Of a DNA stretch of 64,000 nucleotides, positions 36,974 through 45,070 are shown one piece after another. The position numbers and the translations under genes are program-made. The stretch comes from Parcubacteria group bacterium GW2011_GWA2_40_14 (GTDB lineage: Bacteria > Patescibacteriota > Minisyncoccia > Phycocordibacterales > DATDWN01). Below the pieces are notes generated by a model that saw nothing but the letters and a program-made list of their open reading frames with translations, made no database searches and was not told the DNA's origin. The stretch lies in assembly GCA_000996025.1 (NCBI GenBank), contig LBYF01000001.1:3507-67506 (forward strand), written 5' to 3'. The stretch's first letter is position 1, and each line of letters begins with the position of its first letter.

Positions 36974-37633
36974 ATGACACATACCGTTCATCCATATTCA
37001 CATCGCCTAGGAATCATCCGAGATTGGAAATCTCGCTGGTTTGGCGTAAAAAATAAATACAAGGAATTTTTGAAAAGTGATGTGCTTTTACGGGAGTATT
37101 TGGAGAAAAAACTTCGTGATAACTATGTCAGCAATATAGAAATGGAGCGAGGTGAGAAAGTGTTGCGTATTATTATTGAGACATCTCGTCCAGGTATGAT
37201 TATTGGTCGCTCAGGTGATGGCGCCGTTAAATTAAAAAAGGATATTTCTGCATTTTTGAATAAACATAAACTTTCTCCTCTCGGCGAAGTGAAAGTGGAT
37301 ATAAAAGAAATTAAATCTCCCGAGTCAAACGCCACAATCGTTGCCCAAATGGTTGCCGATGGATTGGAAAAGCGTTTGCCTTTCCGCCGTGTGGTGAAAC
37401 AGATGGTGGAAAAAGTTATGGCAAATCGTGATGTCCTTGGTGTAAAGATAGAATTGTCTGGACGACTCGGTGGCGCTTCAATGGCACGTCAGGAAAAAAT
37501 AAAGAAAGGTCGTATTCCGCTTCAGACTTTCCGCGCCGATGTGGATTTTTGTAAATATAAAACAAGAGTCCCTTATGGGGGTGTTGGTATTAAGGTTTGG
37601 ATATATAAGGGAGAAGTGTTCGCAAAAAAGTAA
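36974..37633 (+). CDS. rpsC: 30S ribosomal protein S3
   Basis: HPYSHRLG, RPGMIIGR, GRIPLQT. Confidence 0.98.
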   Translation: MTHTVHPYSHRLGIIRDWKSRWFGVKNKYKEFLKSDVLLREYLEKKLRDNYVSNIEMERGEKVLRIIIETSRPGMIIGRSGDGAVKLKKDISAFLNKHKLSPLGEVKVDIKEIKSPESNATIVAQMVADGLEKRLPFRRVVKQMVEKVMANRDVLGVKIELSGRLGGASMARQEKIKKGRIPLQTFRADVDFCKYKTRVPYGGVGIKVWIYKGEVFAKK

Positions 37634-37715
37634 AAAGTTTGTAAAGTTATAAAGTTCATAAAGTAAAATCCATAATCCACTTTACAAACTTTAAAAACTT
37701 TCAACTTTATAAACT
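37627..37715. repeat. Family B palindrome (rpsC/rplP junction)
   Basis: aaagtttgt aaagttat aaagttcat aaagt ... actttacaa actttaaaa actttca actttataa act. Confidence 0.9.
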
Positions 37716-37721
37716 AAATTT

Positions 37722-38138
37722 ATGTTGTTACCAAAAAAAGTAAAATACAGAAAGTGGCAAACATTTCGAAAGAACGCTAATAAAGTTGGTGTGGCTTCAC
37801 GTGGTACCACTATTTCTTTCGGCTCTCATGCCTTGAAAGCCCTGTCAGGAGCGCGTATTATGTCAAACCAGATTGAAGCTGGCAGAAAAGCCCTATCTCG
37901 CGCAGTTGGTAAGACCGGCAAGATTTGGATCCGCATTTTTCCAGATATGCCCCTGACCAAAAAGCCAGCTGAAGTGAAGCTTGGTAAAGGAAAGGGTGAT
38001 TTGTTTGGCTACTGCGCGCCGGTTAAGCCAGGAAGAATTATTTTTGAAGTTGATGGTGTTACGGATGCAGTTGCCAGAGAAGCTTTGCGAAAAGCTGGAA
38101 CGAAATTACCCCTCAAAACAAAGATAATCTCTCACTAG
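37722..38138 (+). CDS. rplP: 50S ribosomal protein L16
   Basis: QIEAGR, WIRIFPD, GKGKG. Confidence 0.98.
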   Translation: MLLPKKVKYRKWQTFRKNANKVGVASRGTTISFGSHALKALSGARIMSNQIEAGRKALSRAVGKTGKIWIRIFPDMPLTKKPAEVKLGKGKGDLFGYCAPVKPGRIIFEVDGVTDAVAREALRKAGTKLPLKTKIISH

Positions 38139-38306
38139 AACTTCCAAATTATGACCAATGTGATTTTTCACAATTCAACTTCAGATTTTCCTCCTTACAG
38201 GAGCAGTACACCTTTTCGATCTTTTGAGTACAAAAACTCTGAAAAGGTCTTGCGAAGTCATACCCATGACTTCTCACTCGACCTTGGCCAAATTTGAAAG
38301 TTCTAG
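38135..38306 (+). mobile_element. Long family E variant (rplP/rpmC junction)
   Basis: Terminal inverted repeats ctagaacttccaaatt / aatttgaaagttctag. Confidence 0.75.
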
Positions 38307-38333
38307 CCAAATGTGAAATTTAGTGTATATTAA

Positions 38334-38537
38334 ATGAAATTTATGAAAGAGTTTACAAACAAAAGTAAAAAGGAACTACAGACAATACTTTCAGAAAAAA
38401 GACTAGCTTTGCGCACATTTCGCTTTTCCATAGCGGGTAGCAATATGCGCAATGTGAAAGAAGGTAGCGCACTGAAGAAAGATATTGCTATGGTGTTGAC
38501 TCTTTTGAATGTGAAAGCAAAAGTGAATAACGAATAA
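38334..38537 (+). CDS. rpmC: 50S ribosomal protein L29
   Basis: Position in the operon plus LRTFRF...KKDIA..LT. Confidence 0.9.
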   Translation: MKFMKEFTNKSKKELQTILSEKRLALRTFRFSIAGSNMRNVKEGSALKKDIAMVLTLLNVKAKVNNE

Positions 38538-38543
38538 AGAATA

Positions 38544-38801
38544 ATGAATAATGAAAAAATAAAAAATAATACAGTAAAAACTCTCTCGGGAGTAGTAGTG
38601 TCAAATAAGATGACAGACACTGTTGTGGTGGAAGTTGTTCGTTTTGTAAAACATCCAAAGTACGGCAAGTACGTCTCTAAAAGCAAAAAGTTTAAAGCCC
38701 ACGATGTCGGCAATACAAAGCAAATTGGGGATAAGGTTACCATAGAGGAGTGCAGACCAATTTCAAAAGATAAACACTTTAGAATAGTCGAAAGTTCGTA
38801 A
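38544..38801 (+). CDS. rpsQ: 30S ribosomal protein S17
   Basis: [23 protein letters not shown]. Confidence 0.97.
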   Translation: MNNEKIKNNTVKTLSGVVVSNKMTDTVVVEVVRFVKHPKYGKYVSKSKKFKAHDVGNTKQIGDKVTIEECRPISKDKHFRIVESS

Positions 38802-38872
38802 AGTTATAAAGTTCATAAAGCAGACTCAAAACCCACTTTACAAACTTTAAAAACTTTATAACTTTATAAACT
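38786..38872. repeat. Family B palindrome (rpsQ/rplN junction)
   Basis: aaagttcgt aaagttat aaagttcat aaag ... actttacaa actttaaaa actttata actttataa act. Confidence 0.9.
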
Positions 38873-38878
38873 AAAATT

Positions 38879-39250
38879 ATGATCCAACCGCAATCAATTG
38901 TCAAAATAGCAGATAACACCGGAGCAAAAATCGGACGCGTGTTCAAAGTGCTCGGAAGTTCCAAAAAGAGATACGCCAGCATAGGCGAGTTGGTGGTTCT
39001 CTCTGTCCAGAAAGCTGAACCTAGAAAAACAACAAAGAAAAAAGATATTTTGTATGCAGTGGTTGTCCGTCAACGAGCGCCTTTTCGAAGAAAGGACGGC
39101 TCATATATTCGTTTTGACGAAAATGCAGTAGTTATAGTGGTCAAAGATAAAAAAGAGCCGGTAGCAGGACGTATTTTCGGTCCTATCCCGCGGGAACTTG
39201 GTGAGATGGGGTATCAAAAGATTATTAGTTTAGCCCCAGAAGTAGTCTAA
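38879..39250 (+). CDS. rplN: 50S ribosomal protein L14
   Basis: ADNTGAK, RFDENA, ISLAPEVV. Confidence 0.98.
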   Translation: MIQPQSIVKIADNTGAKIGRVFKVLGSSKKRYASIGELVVLSVQKAEPRKTTKKKDILYAVVVRQRAPFRRKDGSYIRFDENAVVIVVKDKKEPVAGRIFGPIPRELGEMGYQKIISLAPEVV

Positions 39251-39252
39251 AA

Positions 39253-39327
39253 TTGAGTCAAGAGTAGCGAGATAAGAGTCACGAAGAATGCAAAATCGTA
39301 ACTCGAGTCTCGGAACTCGTAACTCTA
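39253..39327. repeat. Family C palindrome (rplN/rplX junction)
   Basis: ttgagtc aagagta gcgagat aagagtc acgaa ... tcgtaac tcgagtc tcggaac tcgtaac tcta. Confidence 0.9.
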
Positions 39328-39335
39328 TCAATATC

Positions 39336-39602
39336 ATGAATGTAAAAAAAGATGACAAAGTAATAGTGCTCACCGGTAAAGACAAAGGTAAAACAGGAAC
39401 CGTTGTCAAATCATTTCCAAAAGAAAACAGAGTCATTGTTTCTGGTGTAAATATTTTGAAAGTTCATCAGAAGCCTCGAAAGAGTGGAGAGAAAGGACAG
39501 ATACTAGACAAGACCATGCCGATAGATGTATCCAACGTAAAAAGGGTCGAGGCACGAGGTACGAGAAAAGAGACCCGAAAAATCAAAGGCTCAAAATCGT
39601 AA
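39336..39602 (+). CDS. rplX: 50S ribosomal protein L24
   Basis: VKKDDKVIVLTGKDKGKTG, PIDVSNV; likely ATG at 39336. Confidence 0.96.
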   Translation: MNVKKDDKVIVLTGKDKGKTGTVVKSFPKENRVIVSGVNILKVHQKPRKSGEKGQILDKTMPIDVSNVKRVEARGTRKETRKIKGSKS

Positions 39603-39628
39603 CTCTATACTCGTAACTCTTAACTCTA
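39547..39628. repeat. Family C palindrome overlapping the rplX 3' end
   Basis: tcgaggc acgaggt acgagaa aagagac ccgaa ... tcgtaac tctatac tcgtaac tcttaac tcta. Confidence 0.9.
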
Positions 39629-39637
39629 TTAAAAACT

Positions 39638-40234
39638 ATGGAATCAATCAAAGAAAAAACAAAAGAAGCTTTTGATATTATGAAATCGGAGTTTCATTAT
39701 AAAAACATCATGCAAGCCCCAAAAATAGAAAAGGTGGTGATTTCTTGTGGTGTTGGTTCGCAGAAAGACAAAAAGAAACTAGACCTTATAGAAGACCGCC
39801 TCTTAAAAATCACAGGACAGAAACCTGTTCGCAAGGGCGCAAAAATATCAATCGCCGCTTTCAAAGTGCGAGAAGGGGATACTGTCGGTATGCAAATCAC
39901 TTTGCGTGGACAGAGAATGTATGATTTTCTGGACCGATTGGTCAATATTGCACTTCCTCGCACGAAAGATTTTCGAGGAATCTCAGCAAATGCAGTTGAT
40001 GAAATGGGTAACTACACTTTAGGTATAAAAGAAAACACTATTTTCCCAGAGTCGTCCGATGAAGATTTGAAAGATGTTTTCGGTCTTGCCGTTACTATTG
40101 TTACAAATGTTAAAAACAAAGATGAGACAAAAGCTTTTTTGACTCACCTCGGTTTTCCCTTCAAAAAACAATCAGCCGATAAGGCGAAAGCTACGACAGT
40201 CCATGTATCAAAAAGCCGAGCCCCAAAGAAGTAA
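39638..40234 (+). CDS. rplE: 50S ribosomal protein L5
   Basis: ITGQKP, TLRG, LPRTKDFRG. Confidence 0.98.
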   Translation: MESIKEKTKEAFDIMKSEFHYKNIMQAPKIEKVVISCGVGSQKDKKKLDLIEDRLLKITGQKPVRKGAKISIAAFKVREGDTVGMQITLRGQRMYDFLDRLVNIALPRTKDFRGISANAVDEMGNYTLGIKENTIFPESSDEDLKDVFGLAVTIVTNVKNKDETKAFLTHLGFPFKKQSADKAKATTVHVSKSRAPKK

Positions 40235-40267
40235 AATTATTTTCATCTACAATAAATGGAATTTTTT

Positions 40268-40313
40268 ACTCATACACCTATCACACGCTATAGCGTGTGA
40301 TAGGTGTATGAGT
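40268..40313. repeat. Perfect 46-bp loop-less palindrome
   Basis: actcatacacctatcacacgcta|tagcgtgtgataggtgtatgagt. Confidence 0.95.
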
Positions 40314-40424
40314 TGAACAAGTTTTAATAGGTTTATATATTATTATGTGCTAATATTAATAATAGAAGTTGAGACAGTTTAGTCTCAATATATTTTGTCA
40401 GAAATCACGACTAAAGGAGAAAGT

Positions 40425-40810
40425 ATGAAGTCAAAGAGTTATCTTGGATTTTTGATGTTGTTGGCGTTGATGTTATTTTTGGTTTTGCTTCCGTCCGCAT
40501 TTTCAAGTGTCTATCAAAACACCGGAAACGGGTTGATTCCAGAGTGGACATTTGGAACAAAAACACAAGACCGTGTTGAGACAAACCAAAAGAAGGAGTG
40601 TTTTGAGACGGATGCAAAACAGCCATTCAAGTTTGATGTCTGTTATGTGCCAAACAGACCTTAGAGAAAGAAAGACGTTCCAGCTTCGACCTTGCCGAAC
40701 TTTTCTCTGCTGTAAAGTCCACGAACTATAAGGAGTTAAAACTTGTATTTGTGGCCACAAGTAGGAGTGGAGATGTAAGTAAAGTTGAATGCACATTCAA
40801 GTTTCAATGA
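40425..40810 (+). pseudogene. Secreted hypothetical protein, probably frameshifted near 40640-40660
   Basis: SD AAAGGAG and a signal peptide; stop at 40664, but an adjacent frame continues LEKERRSSFDLAELF...VECTFKFQ* to 40810, followed by a terminator. Confidence 0.5.
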
Positions 40811-40937
40811 ACTGGGCGGGTGGATTTTCAAGGCGGTGAGGAGAGACCTGCCGCCTTTTTGTTTTGTTTGACAATTTGTGTGTATATATGGTAGTTTGTT
40901 TTTAGAATCAGTTCGTCAAAAACAGGGGGGATTATCG

Positions 40938-41912
40938 ATGTCAAAGACTCAACAGCTTGGCAAAAACATGAGTCCAAGCAAAACAAAACTGGGAAAGTTT
41001 TTACGAAAATGTCGTATTAAACTTGGATTAAGGCAAGTTGAAGTAGGCAGACTTTCAATGGTTAAACAATCAGACTACAGTCATTTTGAAACTGGTAGAT
41101 CCAAATATCTCAATCCCAAACAAATCAAAGGTTTAGCCAAAACTCTGAAGTGTCAAGAGGTGGAATTGGAAATTCTTGTTCCACCAAAACCAAAACCAAA
41201 ACAGGAACCTACAACTGAACTCGGCTTACTTATCCGCAACCGAAGGGAAGAGCTTGGGCTGACGATTGAGACTTTTGCCAAAAAGCTCAAAATATCCCTG
41301 GCACAAGCAAAATGTTTGGAAACCCGAATAGCCGAGCGAATGAAGTACAAGTTGTTTGAACCTCTTTTAAGAGTTCTGGAATTAAAACCGTCAGATTTAG
41401 GTAGATTTGTGGGCTGGACTAAAAACGAAAGCCTCACCAGTTTAGGTCAAGTCATCCGTTCACGCCGTAAAGAGCTTGGATTTTCGTTAGCAAGTCTTGG
41501 CCAGAAATTAGGTATCACTCGCGAGCGAGTACGTCAGATTGAGAATAATCGGTCTTCCTTTAGTAATAAAGGGAATAAACTTAAGAAGATAGCTAAAATT
41601 CTCAATCTGAATTTTTCTGAATTGCAAGCATTACAGCCGGCGCGGAGATTCAAAAGAGGCAAGATAGGTACCGACACATTTGGTGGGTTTCTGACTGCTC
41701 GGAGGGTAGAACTTCACCTGACACAATACGAACTTGCTGAACGTGTGGGAATTTCACCAAACACAATCTGTGCCACAGAATTAGGAAAATTTGTGCCTAA
41801 TTCCGATATGTTGGGAAAGATGGCGACGGCTCTTGACTGCGTTATTCCATCTCAACTCATTCTGATTCCTCGTAAGCGCGGTCGTCCTCGGAAGGATTTG
41901 ATTAACTCGTGA
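40938..41912 (+). CDS. Four tandem XRE-type HTH domains plus a C-terminal AT-hook-like motif
   Basis: Four LG..(I/L)R.RR.ELGL-type repeats; tail RKRGRPRK. Confidence 0.85.
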   Translation: MSKTQQLGKNMSPSKTKLGKFLRKCRIKLGLRQVEVGRLSMVKQSDYSHFETGRSKYLNPKQIKGLAKTLKCQEVELEILVPPKPKPKQEPTTELGLLIRNRREELGLTIETFAKKLKISLAQAKCLETRIAERMKYKLFEPLLRVLELKPSDLGRFVGWTKNESLTSLGQVIRSRRKELGFSLASLGQKLGITRERVRQIENNRSSFSNKGNKLKKIAKILNLNFSELQALQPARRFKRGKIGTDTFGGFLTARRVELHLTQYELAERVGISPNTICATELGKFVPNSDMLGKMATALDCVIPSQLILIPRKRGRPRKDLINS

Positions 41913-42030
41913 CTGAACTGAATAGCCCGTGACCCTCTTTTGGGGTCATGGGCTCATTTATTTTCATTTGACTTTGTAGATTCTCTTTGCTACTATCTTT
42001 TGAGCTTGCAAAAGCTATTTTTTGTTAGAT

Positions 42031-42216
42031 ATGGCGAAAACATCCGTAAAAGCTAGAGCGGCAAAAGTGCCGAAATTTAAAACACGAGCTACAAATCGTT
42101 GTTTTAAATGCGGACGCGGACATGGATTTATGAGAGACTTCGGTCTATGCAGAATCTGTTTTAGGGAATTAGCAAACGAAGGCAAAATCCCCGGTGTTAA
42201 AAAGTCTAGCTGGTAA
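42031..42216 (+). CDS. rpsN: 30S ribosomal protein S14 (Zn-binding type Z)
   Basis: RCFKCGR...LCRICFRE...KSSW. Confidence 0.97.
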   Translation: MAKTSVKARAAKVPKFKTRATNRCFKCGRGHGFMRDFGLCRICFRELANEGKIPGVKKSSW

Positions 42217-42220
42217 CCAG

Positions 42221-42334
42221 AAAAATGTAAACTGTAAAAATCAAAATGGAAAATGACAGATTAAAATTAAAAATGATGAATTCAGAAATTTTGCATTTTA
42301 CATTGTCATTTTGATTTTTGATATTTACATTTTT
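42221..42334. repeat. Family D AT-rich palindrome (rpsN/rpsH junction)
   Basis: Heptamer arms aaaatgt aaactgt aaaaatc aaaatgg aaaatga; 42-nt core identical in three copies. Confidence 0.9.
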
Positions 42335-42345
42335 AATTATATTTT

Positions 42346-42732
42346 ATGGACCCAATTGCAGACATGATTGTCCGAATAAAGAATGCATCAGATTCAAAGA
42401 AAAAATCTGTGGTTTTTCCACATTCAAAATTGAAACTGACTATTGCGGACGTTTTGATGAAAGAGGGATTTATAAAATCTTTCAGTAAGAAAGGCAAAAA
42501 ATTGATTAAGTTTATTGAAGTGGAGCTTATTCATACGGATGGCGTCCCAAGAATTCACGGAGTAGAGCGTGTATCAAAATCTTCCAAGAGGATTTATCAA
42601 AAATCTAAAGATATTCGAAAAGTTAAATCTGGAATGGGAGCTCTTGTACTTTCCACACCAAAAGGCATTATGACGGACAAGCAAGCAAGGATAGAAAATG
42701 TCGGTGGAGAAGCTCTCTTCAAAGTGTGGTAA
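42346..42732 (+). CDS. rpsH: 30S ribosomal protein S8
   Basis: MDPIADM..RIKNA, STPKGIMTD, GGE. Confidence 0.98.
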   Translation: MDPIADMIVRIKNASDSKKKSVVFPHSKLKLTIADVLMKEGFIKSFSKKGKKLIKFIEVELIHTDGVPRIHGVERVSKSSKRIYQKSKDIRKVKSGMGALVLSTPKGIMTDKQARIENVGGEALFKVW

Positions 42733-42740
42733 CACTTTGA

Positions 42741-42860
42741 AGAATGTAAAGTGTAAATATCAAAATGAAAAATTATAGATTAAAATTAAAAATGATGAAT
42801 TCAGAAATTTTGCATTTTACATTGTCATTTTACACTTCGATTTTTTAATTTTACATTTAC
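42741..42860. repeat. Family D palindrome (rpsH/rplF junction)
   Basis: Core agattaaaattaaaaatgatgaattcagaaattttgcatttt. Confidence 0.9.
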
Positions 42861-42864
42861 TACC

Positions 42865-43410
42865 ATGTCAAGAATCGGAAAAAAAGTAATAGCAATTCCT
42901 GAAAAGACCGAAGTATCCATAACTTACGGAATTTTCACCGTAAAAGGCCCGTTAGGAACTCTTACAAAAAAATTCAAGCCAGAAATTGAAATCACAATCG
43001 GGGCAAATGAAAAAAGTAGCGAAGTTAGACTTGTGCCAAAGCGTATAACTCTAGAGAACAAAGCTTTGTGGGGGACATACGCTTCTCATATTATGAATAT
43101 GATTTCTGGTGTAACTACCCCATACATTAAGAAATTGATTATTGAAGGTATTGGATACAAATCAGAAGTTAAGGGTGATAAACTTGTTCTTGCTCTCGGC
43201 TTTTCTCATCCTGTTATTGTTCCTATACCGGCGACACTTAAAGTTACTGCCGAGAAAAATATAATCACAGTAACTGGTATAGACAAAGAGGAGGTCGGTG
43301 GATTTGTGGCCAATATTCGCTCTCTCAAAGTACCAGAGCCATATAAAGGAAAAGGAATTAGGTATGAGGGGGAAGTAATCAAACGCAAGCAAGGCAAGAA
43401 AACTGCCTAA
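42865..43410 (+). CDS. rplF: 50S ribosomal protein L6
   Basis: MSRIGK, LGFSHP, PEPYKGKGIRY. Confidence 0.98.
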   Translation: MSRIGKKVIAIPEKTEVSITYGIFTVKGPLGTLTKKFKPEIEITIGANEKSSEVRLVPKRITLENKALWGTYASHIMNMISGVTTPYIKKLIIEGIGYKSEVKGDKLVLALGFSHPVIVPIPATLKVTAEKNIITVTGIDKEEVGGFVANIRSLKVPEPYKGKGIRYEGEVIKRKQGKKTA

Positions 43411-43535
43411 ACTTTCAAATTATGACCCATCTCATCGTCTAAAATTTGAAAAAGAATCGTCACCTACGCACTCAGGTAGGCTCCAATTCTTTTTCAAATT
43501 TTATACGCGACCTAGGTCAAATTTGAAAGTTTAGG
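43406..43535 (+). mobile_element. Family E element (rplF/rplR junction)
   Basis: Perfect 16-bp terminal inverted repeat cctaaactttcaaatt/aatttgaaagtttagg; core gtcacctac..gtaggctcc. Confidence 0.8.
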
Positions 43536-43539
43536 TATC

Positions 43540-43899
43540 ATGGAAATTATGAAATCATCAAATGTAAAAAAAGAAAAGAGAATACGGAGACATGCCAGGA
43601 TTCGGGCAAAGATTTCTGGCACGGCGGATTTACCACGCTTATCGGTTTTCAAATCAAATAAACATATCTCCGTTCAACTTATTGATGACCAAAATGGACA
43701 AACGCTCGCTTCAGCTCACTCACGCGATGTTAAAGGTAAAACCATGATGGAAAAAGCAGGCGAGGTCGGACAGCTCATTGCCGAAAAAGCAAAAGCAAAA
43801 AAAATCACTGAAGTTGCCTTTGACCGCGGAGGATTTATTTATACAGGAAACATTAAAACACTGGCGGACGGAGCTAGGAAAGGAGGGTTACATTTTTAA
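43540..43899 (+). CDS. rplR: 50S ribosomal protein L18
   Basis: PRLSVFKSNKHI, FDRGG. Confidence 0.97.
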   Translation: MEIMKSSNVKKEKRIRRHARIRAKISGTADLPRLSVFKSNKHISVQLIDDQNGQTLASAHSRDVKGKTMMEKAGEVGQLIAEKAKAKKITEVAFDRGGFIYTGNIKTLADGARKGGLHF

Positions 43900-43908
43900 T
43901 TTATTATC

Positions 43909-44487
43909 ATGGAACCAGAAATACAAAAAGAAATAATAAACGAAGAAGTCATAGAAACACCTGTTGTAAAGGGTATTATTTCTGTACCTGCTATCCGTGA
44001 ATTCAGAAAGAATTCTCGCAAGCCATCTCCTCGTCGGGAAGGACGTGTCAAAGCGGAGTTTGACCAGAAAATTGTCAGCATCAGACGTGTTACTCGTGTT
44101 GTTACCGGTGGTCGTCGCTTTGCTTTCTCTGTCGGTATAGTTATCGGTGATAGAAAGGGCAGAGTGGGTGTTGGACAAGGAAAGGCCGGAGATACACCTC
44201 TTGCTATAGACAAAGCGGTACGCGATGCAAGAAAAAATATGATTAGAGTGGCTATGACAAAGAACTCCTCCATTTCTCACGAGGTGGATGCCAAGTTCGG
44301 GAGCTCTCGCGTTCTTATCATGCGAGCTCCGGGCAAGGGAATTCTAGCGGGTTCTTCTGTCCGAACAGTTCTGGAATTTGCCGGTGTAAAAGAAGTAAGC
44401 GCAAAGTTGTTTTCTAGGAGCAAAAATAAAGTAAACAATGCCAAAGCGGCCATTAAAGCTTTAGCACAGCTAAAGCCTAAAATGTAA
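43909..44487 (+). CDS. rpsE: 30S ribosomal protein S5
   Basis: RRVTRVVTGGRRF, VIGD. Confidence 0.98.
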   Translation: MEPEIQKEIINEEVIETPVVKGIISVPAIREFRKNSRKPSPRREGRVKAEFDQKIVSIRRVTRVVTGGRRFAFSVGIVIGDRKGRVGVGQGKAGDTPLAIDKAVRDARKNMIRVAMTKNSSISHEVDAKFGSSRVLIMRAPGKGILAGSSVRTVLEFAGVKEVSAKLFSRSKNKVNNAKAAIKALAQLKPKM

Positions 44488-44595
44488 AATTTAAAAATCA
44501 AAATGGAAAATGACAGATTAAAATTAAAAATGATGAATTCAGAAATTTTGCATTTTGTATTGTCATTTTAATTTTTGATATTTACATTTTTAATT
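44478..44595. repeat. Family D palindrome (rpsE/rplO junction)
   Basis: Same 42-nt core; the rpsE stop codon lies in the left arm. Confidence 0.9.
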
Positions 44596-44602
44596 TATTA
44601 TC

Positions 44603-45043
44603 ATGCAATCCCATAACTTAAAAAGAAATCACCCGAACAAAAAGTCCCGACAAAAAGGTCGTGGCGGTACTCGTGGCAAGACAGCTGGTCGTGGTACAAA
44701 AGGCCAAAATGCCAGAGCTGGACACAAAAAACGTCCGGAAATTCGCGATTTTATAAAACGAATACCAAAGCTTCGCGGTCGTGGTAAAAATATAAACACA
44801 AGCATCCAAAACAAACCTTCTGTTGTTAATGTTGGAGATTTGAATAAAATGTTTAAGGCGGGAGATATCGTATCACCTCAAACACTTCTAAAAAATGGTA
44901 TGGTTAAGATGTTCGCTGGTGTTCTGCCGAGAGTAAAAATTCTTGCTACTGGAGCTTTGGATAAAATCCTTATAATAAAAGATTGCCAAGTTTCAGCATC
45001 TGCAAAGGTCGCTATAGAAAAAGCAGGTGGGCAGATAGTTTAA
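44603..45043 (+). CDS. rplO: 50S ribosomal protein L15
   Basis: GRGGTRGKTAGRGTKGQNAR, IEKAGG. Confidence 0.97.
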   Translation: MQSHNLKRNHPNKKSRQKGRGGTRGKTAGRGTKGQNARAGHKKRPEIRDFIKRIPKLRGRGKNINTSIQNKPSVVNVGDLNKMFKAGDIVSPQTLLKNGMVKMFAGVLPRVKILATGALDKILIIKDCQVSASAKVAIEKAGGQIV

Positions 45044-45070
45044 AGCAAAGCATAACTTACACAACTAATC

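Noticed and set aside
39288-39335. N-terminal extensions of L24 (and similarly L28, S12, L22, L2) in the ORF track
   Set aside because: Upstream starts fall in repeat elements or spacers; conserved sequence begins at the downstream ATGs.
23844-44595. Periodic repeats as CRISPR or type III antitoxin arrays
   Set aside because: Units are 7-12 nt, arranged as inverted arms with no unique spacers.
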